A stretch of 64,000 nt of DNA, taken from the IMG/VR virus record IMGVR_UViG_3300012953_000012, positions 96,001 to 160,000 of that record; one strand, given 5' to 3'. The notes below the pieces were generated by a model. It saw only the letters and a program-made list of their open reading frames with translations. It was not told the DNA's origin and made no database searches. This document shows positions 49,204 through 58,253 of the stretch, piece after piece (the first letter of the stretch is position 1; every line of letters begins with the position of its first letter). The translations under genes and the position numbers were made by a program. This DNA comes from a virus. Its lineage: Duplodnaviria > Caudoviricetes.

Positions 49204-49217
49204 GGTACTTCGTCTAT
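49204..49217 (+). promoter_or_regulatory. TAG-N5-CTAT motif variant
   Basis: GGTAC TTCGT CTAT upstream of 49257. Confidence 0.5.
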
Positions 49218-49256
49218 GGGGCACGGGTATGGTGGGGCTTCCCCGTGGAGCCGACC

Positions 49257-49451
49257 ATGCCTCTCTTTGAATACCGCTGCCAGAAGTGCGGACACGAGTT
49301 TGAACGGCTCGTCAAACACTCCGAACGCGACACACCCCAGAAATGCGTCAACCCGAAATGCGAGTCCACGGACACGAGGAAACTCGTCTCCCGGACTTCC
49401 TTCTCTCTCAAAGGAGGAGGCTGGGCAGCAGACGGCTACGCGAACGACTGA
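49257..49451 (+). CDS. FmdB-family zinc-ribbon protein
   Basis: MPLFEYRCQKCGHEFE..C..C..KLVS..F.LKGGGWAADGY. Confidence 0.9.
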   Translation: MPLFEYRCQKCGHEFERLVKHSERDTPQKCVNPKCESTDTRKLVSRTSFSLKGGGWAADGYAND

Positions 49452-49458
49452 GTGACCC

Positions 49459-50712
49459 ATGCCATACCGCCTACTGACTGCCCTACTGACCGTGACCCTT
49501 GCTGGGTGTCCCAGCCCAACGCCCCCGGAGCCAACGACGTGCCAGGCTGATCCCGCGTGGATCACCAACCCGTCGATGCCCGGAGAGGTGCCTGAGGCTG
49601 AGTCCTTCTGCGACTTCTACCAGTTCAGTTGGCAGTGGATGATCGCCCAGGCCAGCCCTGACCAGAGCGGAGAGCCGGTGTTCATGCAGAACCGGGTCTA
49701 CTCCCCGACCGGAGGCAACGACCAGTGTGCCGATGCGCCCATCACAGGCGTCCTGGGGGCCATGGAGCAGTTGATCCCACGTCAGGGCAAGCCCACCAAC
49801 TTTGAGGACGCCCAGGCGGACGGCAACGCCCTCTACGACCAGAACGGCAACGTCCTCTACTACAACGCCTTCTACTCCCAGGAGTTGTGCAGCGCGACCT
49901 CAGCCGGGTTCGTGCCGGGCACGCTGGAAGCAAAGGTGTCGTGGATGATCCTCCAGGAAGGGACGCACCACACCTACTACACGGTCAGCGCCTCGCTACC
50001 GGGTCACGAGGAGCAACTCACCCTCGGCCTGGTCGGGCTTCACCTGGCCATCTGGACACCCCACCACCCGGAAATGATCTGGGCCACCTGGGAGCACAAG
50101 ACCAACGCACCGCTGTGCAACGGGAGCAGCGCCGCGAGCGGTTGGTCCCTGGCCTCGGACGAGGCGGCGGCGTGTCTACAGGCCAATGCGACCGTAGGAC
50201 CTGGACCGTCGCCTCGGTGCGCGTCGTTCAACTTCAACACGGCCCACCCTCACTCCAGTGAGGTCCCTGTCACGGGTGATCCCATCAACGTCTGTCGGCA
50301 GTACGCCTACGGCAACCAGGACGGCACCGCAGTCAACGGGAACGACAACGTGGCGAACCTGGCGGCGATCACAGAACTCAACACTGCGCTCGTCGGCGAC
50401 GAAGGGCTCCTGACCCAACTGCCCTCGGACAACCCGATGCAGGTCTGGTCCAACTACGAGATGGTGGGAGCCATCTGGACGAAGGACGGTGCGGACTCTG
50501 GACCGCCTCCCGTGCCGAGCACTCAGACGCAAGGCCCCGGTGATGCCAACAGCCCCCAGCGCGGCTCGTTGGAACTGACCAACATGACCCTGGAAACCTT
50601 CCAGCAGGGCGACACCAGTGCGGTGCCTAACTGCTTCGGGTGCCACAACTACGACTCGTCGAAGCCTCTGGACGTCTCACACATCCAGTCGAAGTTGCTG
50701 CCGTCAGAGTGA
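49459..50712 (+). CDS. lipoprotein with C-terminal CxxCH heme-binding motif (putative c-type cytochrome)
   Basis: Lipobox LAGC at residues 14-17. CFGCH at 50632-50646, preceded by LTNMTLETF. Confidence 0.75.
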   Translation: MPYRLLTALLTVTLAGCPSPTPPEPTTCQADPAWITNPSMPGEVPEAESFCDFYQFSWQWMIAQASPDQSGEPVFMQNRVYSPTGGNDQCADAPITGVLGAMEQLIPRQGKPTNFEDAQADGNALYDQNGNVLYYNAFYSQELCSATSAGFVPGTLEAKVSWMILQEGTHHTYYTVSASLPGHEEQLTLGLVGLHLAIWTPHHPEMIWATWEHKTNAPLCNGSSAASGWSLASDEAAACLQANATVGPGPSPRCASFNFNTAHPHSSEVPVTGDPINVCRQYAYGNQDGTAVNGNDNVANLAAITELNTALVGDEGLLTQLPSDNPMQVWSNYEMVGAIWTKDGADSGPPPVPSTQTQGPGDANSPQRGSLELTNMTLETFQQGDTSAVPNCFGCHNYDSSKPLDVSHIQSKLLPSE

Positions 50713-50716
50713 GACC

Positions 50717-50730
50717 GGTAGTCCGTCTAT
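50717..50730 (+). promoter_or_regulatory. TAG-N5-CTAT upstream motif
   Basis: GGTAG TCCGT CTAT upstream of 50761. Confidence 0.6.
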
Positions 50731-50760
50731 CGAAAACCACCAGCAACGAAGGAGGTCAAC

Positions 50761-51261
50761 ATGGCCCGCAAACTGATGGCTTCTGACCGGAAGTCCCTGA
50801 TCCGTCTGGCGTCCTCACTCCCCGTAGGTAGTGAGGATCGGAGAACCATCCTCTCCGCGCTCAAGAAAGCCCGGACCTTCAACCCGTACCGCACGGGTCA
50901 CAAGTACGGCATCGACTTGAAGACCGTGGACAACAAGACCGTGAAGCGGTACGGCTCTGATGGTAATGCCACTTCGGGACTCAGCGGGCTGTTTTACGCC
51001 ACCGGAACCGTCACTGACTCCAGCCGCCCCGGAGAGCACCCCTTCATGGCGGTGTTCCGCATCGACCAATCACCACGGTCGGGGACAATGATCTTTGATG
51101 TGGAGCGGGTGTATGGCAGAAGTGCCGAGGCCGCGATGAACGCCGAGATCGCCTCGTATGTCTTTTTTCAGAACTCCAGGGCTGCTTCCAAGTTGGTGGA
51201 CATGCTGGGCCGCATCCAGTACGTTCCCGCACCCGGAACCGAGCGTGACTTCATGGATTGA
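50761..51261 (+). CDS. hypothetical protein with shared N-terminal tag
   Basis: AGGAGG RBS. SDRKSLIRLASSLPVGSEDR matches the ORF 3431 N-terminus. Confidence 0.8.
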   Translation: MARKLMASDRKSLIRLASSLPVGSEDRRTILSALKKARTFNPYRTGHKYGIDLKTVDNKTVKRYGSDGNATSGLSGLFYATGTVTDSSRPGEHPFMAVFRIDQSPRSGTMIFDVERVYGRSAEAAMNAEIASYVFFQNSRAASKLVDMLGRIQYVPAPGTERDFMD

Positions 51262-51361
51262 GGCCGTACTTGAGCAGGCGGTAGATCTTGAGGACGAGGT
51301 AACCGTAGACGGCGGTGCAGATGAACACGCCCGCAGCCATGCCGAGAATGAAGTGGGTCAC
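51251..51361 (-). CDS. small membrane protein (36 aa, not in ORF track)
   Basis: MTHFILGMAAGVFICTAVYGYLVLKIYRLLKYGLNP. GTGA overlap with the upstream gene. Confidence 0.55.
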   Translation of the reverse strand: MTHFILGMAAGVFICTAVYGYLVLKIYRLLKYGLNP

Positions 51362-51597
51362 GGATCACCCTGCTTCATCGAGGGGGCTTGCCCATCCTCC
51401 AAAGCAGGAACAGGCAGACGCCGAGGACGAAGGTGATCTGGTACACCAGCGGGAGCAGCATCGGACGCGCTCTCCTTGCGAAGGCGTTCGACCTCAGCGA
51501 GCAGCCTCTTGAGATCCTGCTGCGCGGTCAGGATGTGCCACTTGTAGAAACTGTCCGCCATGCGGCTTCGGATGGCTTCCAGTTCGTCGTCGGTCAT
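51358..51597 (-). CDS. hypothetical protein
   Basis: Phage-typical MTDDELEAIR..DLKRLLAEVERLR. Confidence 0.7.
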   Translation of the reverse strand: MTDDELEAIRSRMADSFYKWHILTAQQDLKRLLAEVERLRKESASDAAPAGVPDHLRPRRLPVPALEDGQAPSMKQGDP

Positions 51598-51820
51598 TGG
51601 TCTCTCTCGCCAAAAGCGCACGGGCCTTGTGGTACGCCTCCTCGGAGCAGGAGGCGCGGACGTGAGCATGGTACGCATCCGCATGATCTTCCGTGGCGTA
51701 CCACGGAGTCAATGGGTCTCCGTTGTCGGGGTTGGCGTCAACGGGGCGAGGGGGGACAAGGCGTCCCTCCTTGCGTGGCAGCAACTTGCCGCCGGATCGG
51801 ATGAAGTAGTACCAGCGCAT
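51494..51820 (-). CDS. hypothetical protein
   Basis: Follows 51830 gene. The C-terminus overlaps the next gene by about 100 nt. Confidence 0.5.
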   Translation of the reverse strand: MRWYYFIRSGGKLLPRKEGRLVPPRPVDANPDNGDPLTPWYATEDHADAYHAHVRASCSEEAYHKARALLARETNDRRRTGSHPKPHGGQFLQVAHPDRAAGSQEAAR

Positions 51821-51829
51821 GACCCTATG

Positions 51830-52138
51830 CTACCCGGCGTCGTCCATGATGGAGGCGTACTCCTCGGGGGTCAGGGTGACCTCCGCACCGGATTCGTCCA
51901 GGGCCTCGACGACCCAGTGGTTGGAGACTGTCCAGGCCAGTGACCCCATGTCCACGCCGTCGTGCGTCAGGGTCTTTTCCTCCGGGGGTGGTCCCAGGAT
52001 CACCCGTCCGTTGCACTCGGCCCAGGGGAACTTCTCGCCTCCCTCGGCCAGGTACGCTGTGATGGTCTGATCTTCACGTCGGATGTTGATCTGCAAGTCC
52101 GCCGGAAGTCCGGTCGGTGTGGTGATTGCTCCGCTCAT
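51830..52138 (-). CDS. hypothetical protein
   Basis: ATGA overlap with the 52135 gene stop. Confidence 0.7.
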   Translation of the reverse strand: MSGAITTPTGLPADLQINIRREDQTITAYLAEGGEKFPWAECNGRVILGPPPEEKTLTHDGVDMGSLAWTVSNHWVVEALDESGAEVTLTPEEYASIMDDAG

Positions 52139-53448
52139 GCTGACTCCTTTGAAGTCTCGGCTGGGGTTCCCAGCACATAGGTGTGGCTGTCGGGGACCGA
52201 GCCTCGGCTTCCCTTCTTGTAGGGCTTCACCCATCGCCGTTTCAGAGCGAGTTGTTCGGTGATCGTTTGCTTTTCGGTTCGGTGATGGGCCTCAGCCCGG
52301 CGCAGAGCCGCGACAATAGGCACTAAGGTAGTGATCTCAGGGTCGTCTTCGGAGAGGCTTGCCAGACGCTTGCGGGCTTTGTTGGCCTCTTCCTGGGCCT
52401 CGTCGTGTGCTTGCGTGGCTTCCCGGATGCGGTGGGCGATGGTGTCTCGTCGAGGCCACCAGTGGCCTCGGACCCAATGCTCACGTTGGGAGGTCCCCGT
52501 ACCAGTGCTGGTGGAGGGTTCGTTGCCTCGGATGCGGACGGAACGCCCAACCCACGAAACGATGTCGGTGGGCAGCGTGGTCAACTGCTTCCGCAACTTA
52601 CGCCCCCGACTCTTGTTTGGATTCTTCATGCGGCCCAGAGCGGTCGTGATCTCCTTGCGGCGGAGGTTGGCCTCGACCACAGCCTCGTCCAGAGTGACCT
52701 CCGCGTCCTGGCAGTCCATATAGAGCAGAGCGTTGAAGAGCACGCGCATCACATGGAGGACGCCCGCGATGGCCGTCCCTCCGTCGTTCCTGGGCATCTG
52801 GGTGGACAGTCCGAGGCTGCGTCCAAAATCAGTCATCTCAGTCAGCGAGGCATCGCGCTCGGGATCATTCAGCATGGCAAGGAGGTAGGTCTCCAGGTCC
52901 GTATTCCTCATCTCCGCGAGATCGAAGGTGAACCACATGGACGCATCGTCGCCGGGGCCGTGGGAGCGTTCATTCTCCATGCCCCAGATATAGACGTTGA
53001 TCATCCCTTCGGGGCAGGTGACCTCACCTTCCACGTCCTGGATGCACTCGCCTGGGGGGACGTAGCGCACGAACACGCCTCCGACCTTGTGCCAGAGGGT
53101 CTTTTCGCCACCCCAGATCTGGGCCTCGCAGTCCGGCAACGCCATGTAGAGACAGCGGTAGGGCAACTTGAGTTCGTTGAACCCAATGTCCTTCAACGAG
53201 GTGCGGGCCAATGCGTCCTGCATCTCGTTGGGGACCACAAAGGTCTGACGGCCTTGTGTGCGGTACTCCGCAAGGAACAGGGTGAGGGTGTAGAGGGCAC
53301 GGTGGAACCCCACGCCGGGCATATCGAAAAGAGGCATCACCGACTGTTGGTCAGTGCCATCTACGAGGGCCTGGACGATCTGCTCGTGGAAGGGGTCACG
53401 GGGAACCTCTCGGGGGAGCATCCGAATCTGGTCAAACACGTTGATCAT
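52135..53448 (-). CDS. conserved phage hypothetical protein with HWVRGHW..RRWVKPY motif
   Basis: LPYRCLYM and a C-terminal His/Trp motif split by a coiled-coil insertion. Confidence 0.85.
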   Translation of the reverse strand: MINVFDQIRMLPREVPRDPFHEQIVQALVDGTDQQSVMPLFDMPGVGFHRALYTLTLFLAEYRTQGRQTFVVPNEMQDALARTSLKDIGFNELKLPYRCLYMALPDCEAQIWGGEKTLWHKVGGVFVRYVPPGECIQDVEGEVTCPEGMINVYIWGMENERSHGPGDDASMWFTFDLAEMRNTDLETYLLAMLNDPERDASLTEMTDFGRSLGLSTQMPRNDGGTAIAGVLHVMRVLFNALLYMDCQDAEVTLDEAVVEANLRRKEITTALGRMKNPNKSRGRKLRKQLTTLPTDIVSWVGRSVRIRGNEPSTSTGTGTSQREHWVRGHWWPRRDTIAHRIREATQAHDEAQEEANKARKRLASLSEDDPEITTLVPIVAALRRAEAHHRTEKQTITEQLALKRRWVKPYKKGSRGSVPDSHTYVLGTPAETSKESA

Positions 53449-53529
53449 GGTCAGTCCTACTTGATGGGGGGCGAGATCACCCCCCTACAGACAAGACGCC
53501 AGCCGAGAGCCTTCGCGGACAGACTCGGA

Positions 53530-53700
53530 TTAGGACTTTTCTCGGAGGTCCTGGGCCATCTTCAACAGGCGGCCTTCCGGCATCGCGTCACCCTTCTCGT
53601 CCATGACGTAGGACAAGGCCACCAGGATCATGGCGAGATGTTCTTCCGGGTCCTTGTGGGTGGTGCAGATCGTGTCGCAGAGAAACTTCCAGTTATCCAT
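53530..53700 (-). CDS. small hypothetical protein
   Basis: In the coupled operon. GGAG RBS. Confidence 0.6.
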   Translation of the reverse strand: MDNWKFLCDTICTTHKDPEEHLAMILVALSYVMDEKGDAMPEGRLLKMAQDLREKS

Positions 53701-54136
53701 GGTGGCTCCAGACGTAGGGGACGGGGCAGGCGTTGAGGTCCTGCTGAGGTTTGGGGGATTGCGAAAGGGTGTCGATGACCTCGGGAGGCCACCCTGCTCG
53801 GCCACAAGGCTCGGTCAGCAGGGGATCGAACCAGGCGCACTCCTGACACGCGGTGCTGGGCCACACGTTGTCTTCACGCCCCACTCCCAGGAGGGCGAGA
53901 CGCTCCTCCTTCTGCTCGGTGGTCTGACGGGCAGTGTACGCCAGGTCTACCTCGCCGCCGTAGCCTTCCAGCAACACACGAAGGTCGGCGGCGTCCTCGT
54001 CGGTCATGACAAGGTGGACAGCGGTGGTGCCTCCGTCATGTTCGACAACGGGGTTGTGCTTCGGTTGGACCGTGAAGGGGCTACCTCTCTGCACCCACAA
54101 ACGGAATAACCTTGCCCTCGTACCACCGTCCGACAT
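53693..54136 (-). CDS. hypothetical Cys-containing protein
   Basis: CQECAWF..PCG..C. Start uncertain (possibly 54094). Confidence 0.65.
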   Translation of the reverse strand: MSDGGTRARLFRLWVQRGSPFTVQPKHNPVVEHDGGTTAVHLVMTDEDAADLRVLLEGYGGEVDLAYTARQTTEQKEERLALLGVGREDNVWPSTACQECAWFDPLLTEPCGRAGWPPEVIDTLSQSPKPQQDLNACPVPYVWSHHG

Positions 54137-54425
54137 CCTGGGCCTCCTGCTTAGAGAGCACTCTACCCCCGTTGCAAACCCTCACAGCAGGTCGTCCCTG
54201 GTAGGGGGGACAAGCATCGTCGTACCGCTTGACGCTGACACGCTTTCCGCTCGGTGCCATCCATACGGCTCCGGTGCTGGTAGACCCATGCGGCATGGCG
54301 GTTCCAACGGCGCGACGGACGGCGTCGGAGTCGGCTGCGCTGGTGAGGATGACGAGGTGGTCGTTGCCCCTGCGAAGGGATTCGTGGGTGAGGCGACAAG
54401 CGCACTCGGTTGCGATTCTGTTCAT
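54081..54425 (-). CDS. hypothetical protein
   Basis: ATGA overlap with the 54422 gene stop. Confidence 0.6.
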   Translation of the reverse strand: MNRIATECACRLTHESLRRGNDHLVILTSAADSDAVRRAVGTAMPHGSTSTGAVWMAPSGKRVSVKRYDDACPPYQGRPAVRVCNGGRVLSKQEAQDVGRWYEGKVIPFVGAER

Positions 54426-55444
54426 GTTGTCCGCTCCTTCGGTCCCGCTGCGAGGGTCCATCCGAACCTCCGATCTGCGATTCCGTTGTAGGGGGACACG
54501 CTGATGCAAACCTCGGCGTGTCCGGTGATGGACTCCATGGCATCGCTGCACATGGAGTGGATGGCTGTGGTGATGGGGTTGAACCCATCGGAAAGGTCGT
54601 CCGCCCCCCAGAGGGTGACGGTCCACATGGTGATCGTGGCCGCATCGTCGTGTGGCTTGCCTGCCACAGCGTTGATGTTGTGCGCCCGCAGGTAGTCGAT
54701 GACGCCCTTCTGGACGACTCCTGTGAGGCTCACGCGGCCTTGTGTGGTCGAGAGAGCCTTGTAGGAGTACAACCGCCGTTGGTCGTCCGAGAGGTCCGCC
54801 AGGGTGGCCGTAGGGATCTGTGTGGCCTTGCGAAGCATGGGGAGAGACCCTGCCTCGTAGCCTTTCACGCCTGTCGGGATTGCAGGCAGCCCCTTCTTCG
54901 CGATCTCGATGGCGTACTCCACGTCCATGCCTTCCTTGGTTGCGTCGGCTTCGACCCGGTCCATGATCTGGGCACAAGTGTCGGTGTGAGCGGAGACCTG
55001 GAGCCGCATTTCTTCGGCGACCTCCATGGAGGCGATCTCCAACTGCATCCCCAGGACCACAGGGTCCAGTGTGTCGGTCAGTACAGGGACCGCCGGGTGC
55101 CCTTCTTCAGGCAACAGCCCGGAACGCAACTCGGGAACGTCCCCGTCCAGGGACGCCCGTTCCGCGATGGCTGCCTCCATGAGAGGGTTCAGCATGGTCA
55201 TGCCGTTGTCATGCGTCAGGGTGAGCGGGGCACCGTGCGCCTCCCGTGCTGCCTTCTCCATGCGGGTGGATGCGGCGACGAGAGCGTCCCCGTGGCCTGC
55301 CTGGAGAGCGAGTTCAGCCAACTTGGTCAGGGCCTCCTCGGGTGCCAGCCGACCTTCCTGGAGAGCCAGCAAGACCGGTGCGGCCCCTGGTGTATCTTCC
55401 AGGAGGCGTTGAACCTGAGCAACGATGTCGAGCACGTCCCTCAC
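54422..55444 (-). CDS. hypothetical protein
   Basis: GTGA overlap with the 55441 gene. Confidence 0.8.
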   Translation of the reverse strand: MRDVLDIVAQVQRLLEDTPGAAPVLLALQEGRLAPEEALTKLAELALQAGHGDALVAASTRMEKAAREAHGAPLTLTHDNGMTMLNPLMEAAIAERASLDGDVPELRSGLLPEEGHPAVPVLTDTLDPVVLGMQLEIASMEVAEEMRLQVSAHTDTCAQIMDRVEADATKEGMDVEYAIEIAKKGLPAIPTGVKGYEAGSLPMLRKATQIPTATLADLSDDQRRLYSYKALSTTQGRVSLTGVVQKGVIDYLRAHNINAVAGKPHDDAATITMWTVTLWGADDLSDGFNPITTAIHSMCSDAMESITGHAEVCISVSPYNGIADRRFGWTLAAGPKERTT

Positions 55445-55623
55445 CCTTTCACCTGCGCCTGTGCCGCTGGGGGACGTGGGGGTGCGAACACCACGCGGAT
55501 CGTGCCACACTTGTTGTTGCGTCTGACGCGGGTTTCGTACTGGTCTGGGACCGTTACACCACGCGCTCTGAGTGCTTGCCTTAGCAGACTGTCGATCTCG
55601 TCCTGTTCAAGTACGAGTTCCAT
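55441..55623 (-). CDS. small hypothetical protein
   Basis: AGGAG RBS and coupled to the next gene. Confidence 0.7.
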   Translation of the reverse strand: MELVLEQDEIDSLLRQALRARGVTVPDQYETRVRRNNKCGTIRVVFAPPRPPAAQAQVKG

Positions 55624-55664
55624 GAGGGTTCTCCTGTGTGCCCCGGAAGTGGGGCATTGTGGGA

Positions 55665-56588
55665 CTATTTCTTCTTACTTGACCCGAATGTGATCTTACC
55701 CCCCACACCGATGACCCGTTCTTTTGGGGCTTCAGGTGCGGCCCACGGGTCAGGTTCCGGTGGGGGAGGTGGTCCGCCTCCGACCATGACCCCACCGGAA
55801 GGCATGTTCGTGTTGAAGGAGGGTCGTGGAGGCGTGGGAGCCTTGCGCTCGGGCCTGGTCGGGTGGGCGGCAGGCTTCTCAGGGATCATGTCGGCGGCGC
55901 GGGCACGCTTGATGGCGATGTCTCGTGCGTGCTTGCAGGGAACCTCTCGGGACGCACAAGTGCATTCCCACTGACCGTCATGGTGAAGGGTGACCTCATA
56001 GATGACCCGCTTGCCCTTCGCGTCTTTTGAGTCTCCCTGGACACGCCAACGCCCGATGATCTCGTCGGGGGTTTCCTCTGGGACATCAGGGATTTCCTGG
56101 GACCCATCCACATGAGTAGGCTGCGGAGATGGATCTGGGGTCACTGTTGTGGGGTCTACGGGGTCATTGTCGGGGATCGGGTCCTCAGGTGGTTCCGGCT
56201 CTGGTTCCGGCTCCTTCTGAAAGCCCGAAGGGGCCACCATGCCCATCATCTCGGCTGCTGCTCGTCCAACGTCGGCGTCCGTGACGGGCTCCCAGTCCCC
56301 ACGCTGGTCGCTGATCTCAATCGCCAACGCCTGTCGGAGCATGTCTGGGAAGTCGGGGAGGCCGAGGACCGTCGCCGTGTTCTCCGGGGCGAAGTCCGGG
56401 TTGTGAAGAAGGCGGTCCTCCTGGGTCAGGATCCGCTTGTTCCACTTGGTGCCTGCGCCCTTGCTGTTGCGACAGCCCACGTTCATGCACACGCCGCAAA
56501 ACATCTGCTTGAACTGCTCAGGTGCGAGCAACTTGCGGTGCTCACCGTCGTAGCAGCCGTCGAACAAGTCTGGGAGGGATTTACTCAT
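55665..56588 (-). CDS. SWIM zinc-finger protein
   Basis: YEVTL..WECTCASREVPCKHA SWIM motif, Pro-rich linkers, N-terminal CxxC. ATGA overlap with the SET gene. Confidence 0.8.
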   Translation of the reverse strand: MSKSLPDLFDGCYDGEHRKLLAPEQFKQMFCGVCMNVGCRNSKGAGTKWNKRILTQEDRLLHNPDFAPENTATVLGLPDFPDMLRQALAIEISDQRGDWEPVTDADVGRAAAEMMGMVAPSGFQKEPEPEPEPPEDPIPDNDPVDPTTVTPDPSPQPTHVDGSQEIPDVPEETPDEIIGRWRVQGDSKDAKGKRVIYEVTLHHDGQWECTCASREVPCKHARDIAIKRARAADMIPEKPAAHPTRPERKAPTPPRPSFNTNMPSGGVMVGGGPPPPPEPDPWAAPEAPKERVIGVGGKITFGSSKKK

Positions 56589-57157
56589 GACTCCTTCTTC
56601 TTGCGGAACCAGATCTGGTCGGGGCTGGTGTAGGTGAGAGTCAACTCCGTGCCGGGGGTGACGTCCTTCGTCGCGAAGAAATCCATGTAGCGTCGGTCGG
56701 TGTCCGGTTCGATGTAGGGTTGGCACCTCATGTTGGCCTCTTTCCTGGGGGCGTGGTTGTAGAGCATCCCGTTGCCCAGCACCAACGCTCGGATCTCGTC
56801 CTTGCGCCACGGATGGACCATGTGCTTGAGTAGCACCCCGCCCCGCCCCACATAGGGATGCAGCATGGTGCCTTGCAGCGTTCGCTCCAGAGGCATGTCA
56901 GGGGTGTCCAGGATGTAGGCGGCACAGCGTTCGACAAGCATCCCTTCCTGGAGAGGTGAGCGGCTGAAGACCCCCAACCCCTTCCCTGGAATGTGTTGGA
57001 TGTACAAGCCTCCGCCGTAGTGGACCAGGCGGGCCTCTCGGGCCTCTCGGAGCGGGGATCCACAAAACTCGCAAAGAGGGTTGTGGTCGGCACCCCTTCT
57101 CTCAACGATCTCGTTGACGACCCCGCAGTGGGCGCATGGGATCTGGCTGACGTCCAT
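56585..57157 (-). CDS. SET-domain protein-lysine methyltransferase with N-terminal zinc ribbon
   Basis: GKGLGVFS, GMLYNH, FFATKDVTPGTELTLTY SET motifs. CAHC..CEFC at the N-terminus. AGGAG RBS before 57157. Confidence 0.9.
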   Translation of the reverse strand: MDVSQIPCAHCGVVNEIVERRGADHNPLCEFCGSPLREAREARLVHYGGGLYIQHIPGKGLGVFSRSPLQEGMLVERCAAYILDTPDMPLERTLQGTMLHPYVGRGGVLLKHMVHPWRKDEIRALVLGNGMLYNHAPRKEANMRCQPYIEPDTDRRYMDFFATKDVTPGTELTLTYTSPDQIWFRKKKES

Positions 57158-57165
57158 CTCTACTC

Positions 57166-57663
57166 CTACGCTACGTTGAAGCCGCCACCCCGCACTACAA
57201 CGACATGGCGGCCTTCCCGCCATGCAAACACTACCCGCTGGAAGACCTCGACAGCCTCCGTAGGAACGCCGTCAGACAGGGGCGGCTCGTAGCACTCAGG
57301 CGGCCCGTGCTTGAGTCTACGGCCCTTTCCCTTACTCCCCCCAGGTCGGCAGAGCGGTTCGTCCCAGGTCAGGCACGCCTTCCCGATCTTGCACACGCCT
57401 TCATCGGAGGCCACGCGCCTGGCGCTGGCTCGGGGGTCTCGCCCCAACTCCCGCACCAGAGGTAGAAAACGCCCGTGTAGGGCGTGTGATAGGGACTCGG
57501 CGGTGATCTCCTTGACCCCCGCTTCCCAGGTGGTCCCCCGGAGCGATTCAAGTACCCCCCAGTGGTCCGCGTCCTCGGGGACCTCCTCCACCAGGAGCAG
57601 CACCTTTTCGGCCTCCCGTCCGGGAAGGGGGGAGGGGTCGGTGAGGTCAAGGATTCTCACCAC
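57166..57663 (-). CDS. hypothetical protein
   Basis: In the coupled operon. Cys residues in the C-terminal half. Confidence 0.75.
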   Translation of the reverse strand: MVRILDLTDPSPLPGREAEKVLLLVEEVPEDADHWGVLESLRGTTWEAGVKEITAESLSHALHGRFLPLVRELGRDPRASARRVASDEGVCKIGKACLTWDEPLCRPGGSKGKGRRLKHGPPECYEPPLSDGVPTEAVEVFQRVVFAWREGRHVVVVRGGGFNVA

Positions 57664-58252
57664 TCCCCCCTACTTGTTTGAAGAAGCGACTGGCTCCCCC
57701 GGTGTCTCCGAACCGATGGCCGTCTCCGTCCATGGGGAACATGCCGGTCTTCCCGGCTTCGCGCTTTGCGGATCGGCTCGACCCCGCGCTGTGCATCCCT
57801 CCAGCAAGCGAATCAGCATCCAATCGAGCAACGGGGCAATCCGGCTCGCAGATCCAGTTGGCGACAGTCTCCTTGCCTTCTGCGTCCCCATGCTCCACTT
57901 TGTTTTGAAGTCCTTCTGCTGTTCCGTAGACTCCGTGTTTCCCGAAGGCTCCTGTGCTTCCCGGCTTCATGCCCCCAGTAATAGCCTTCACCCTCTTGAC
58001 CCCACCACACCGACAACCTTCAAGGTGCTGGAGGATCACGTTGGCGGGCCATCTTCCTTTCGAGGTCGTAGCGACATAGGCGGGTCGCTCCTTTCGCCCA
58101 AACCCGCTCCAAACCTCCAGTCGGTTGATGGGTATCCGATCCGACCCGACCCGAGAGGCGTCGATGTTGATCCCCCCCGTCCCATGACGGAGGGTGTTGG
58201 CTGCGACGGTCCCTTCGGACAAGGGCTTCCGTAGGACGTGGATCATCCTCAT
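57647..58252 (-). CDS. stand-alone middle (putative specificity) segment of beta-class DNA methyltransferase, copy B
   Basis: RKPLSEGTVAANTL.HGTGG.NID, GRWPANV, WIC..DCPV, GASRFF. No DPPY or FxGxG motif. Confidence 0.85.
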   Translation of the reverse strand: MRMIHVLRKPLSEGTVAANTLRHGTGGINIDASRVGSDRIPINRLEVWSGFGRKERPAYVATTSKGRWPANVILQHLEGCRCGGVKRVKAITGGMKPGSTGAFGKHGVYGTAEGLQNKVEHGDAEGKETVANWICEPDCPVARLDADSLAGGMHSAGSSRSAKREAGKTGMFPMDGDGHRFGDTGGASRFFKQVGGSGENP

Positions 58253-58253
58253 T
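58233..58253. repeat. 21-bp direct repeat at start of MTase middle segment B
   Basis: AGGACGTGGATCATCCTCATT is identical to 59508-59528. Confidence 0.85.

Noticed and set aside
51494-51600. About 100-nt overlap of 51494..51820 with the next gene, possible slippage at GAGAGAGA
   Set aside because: It could be an ordinary overlap or a one-base indel. There is no independent evidence for recoding.
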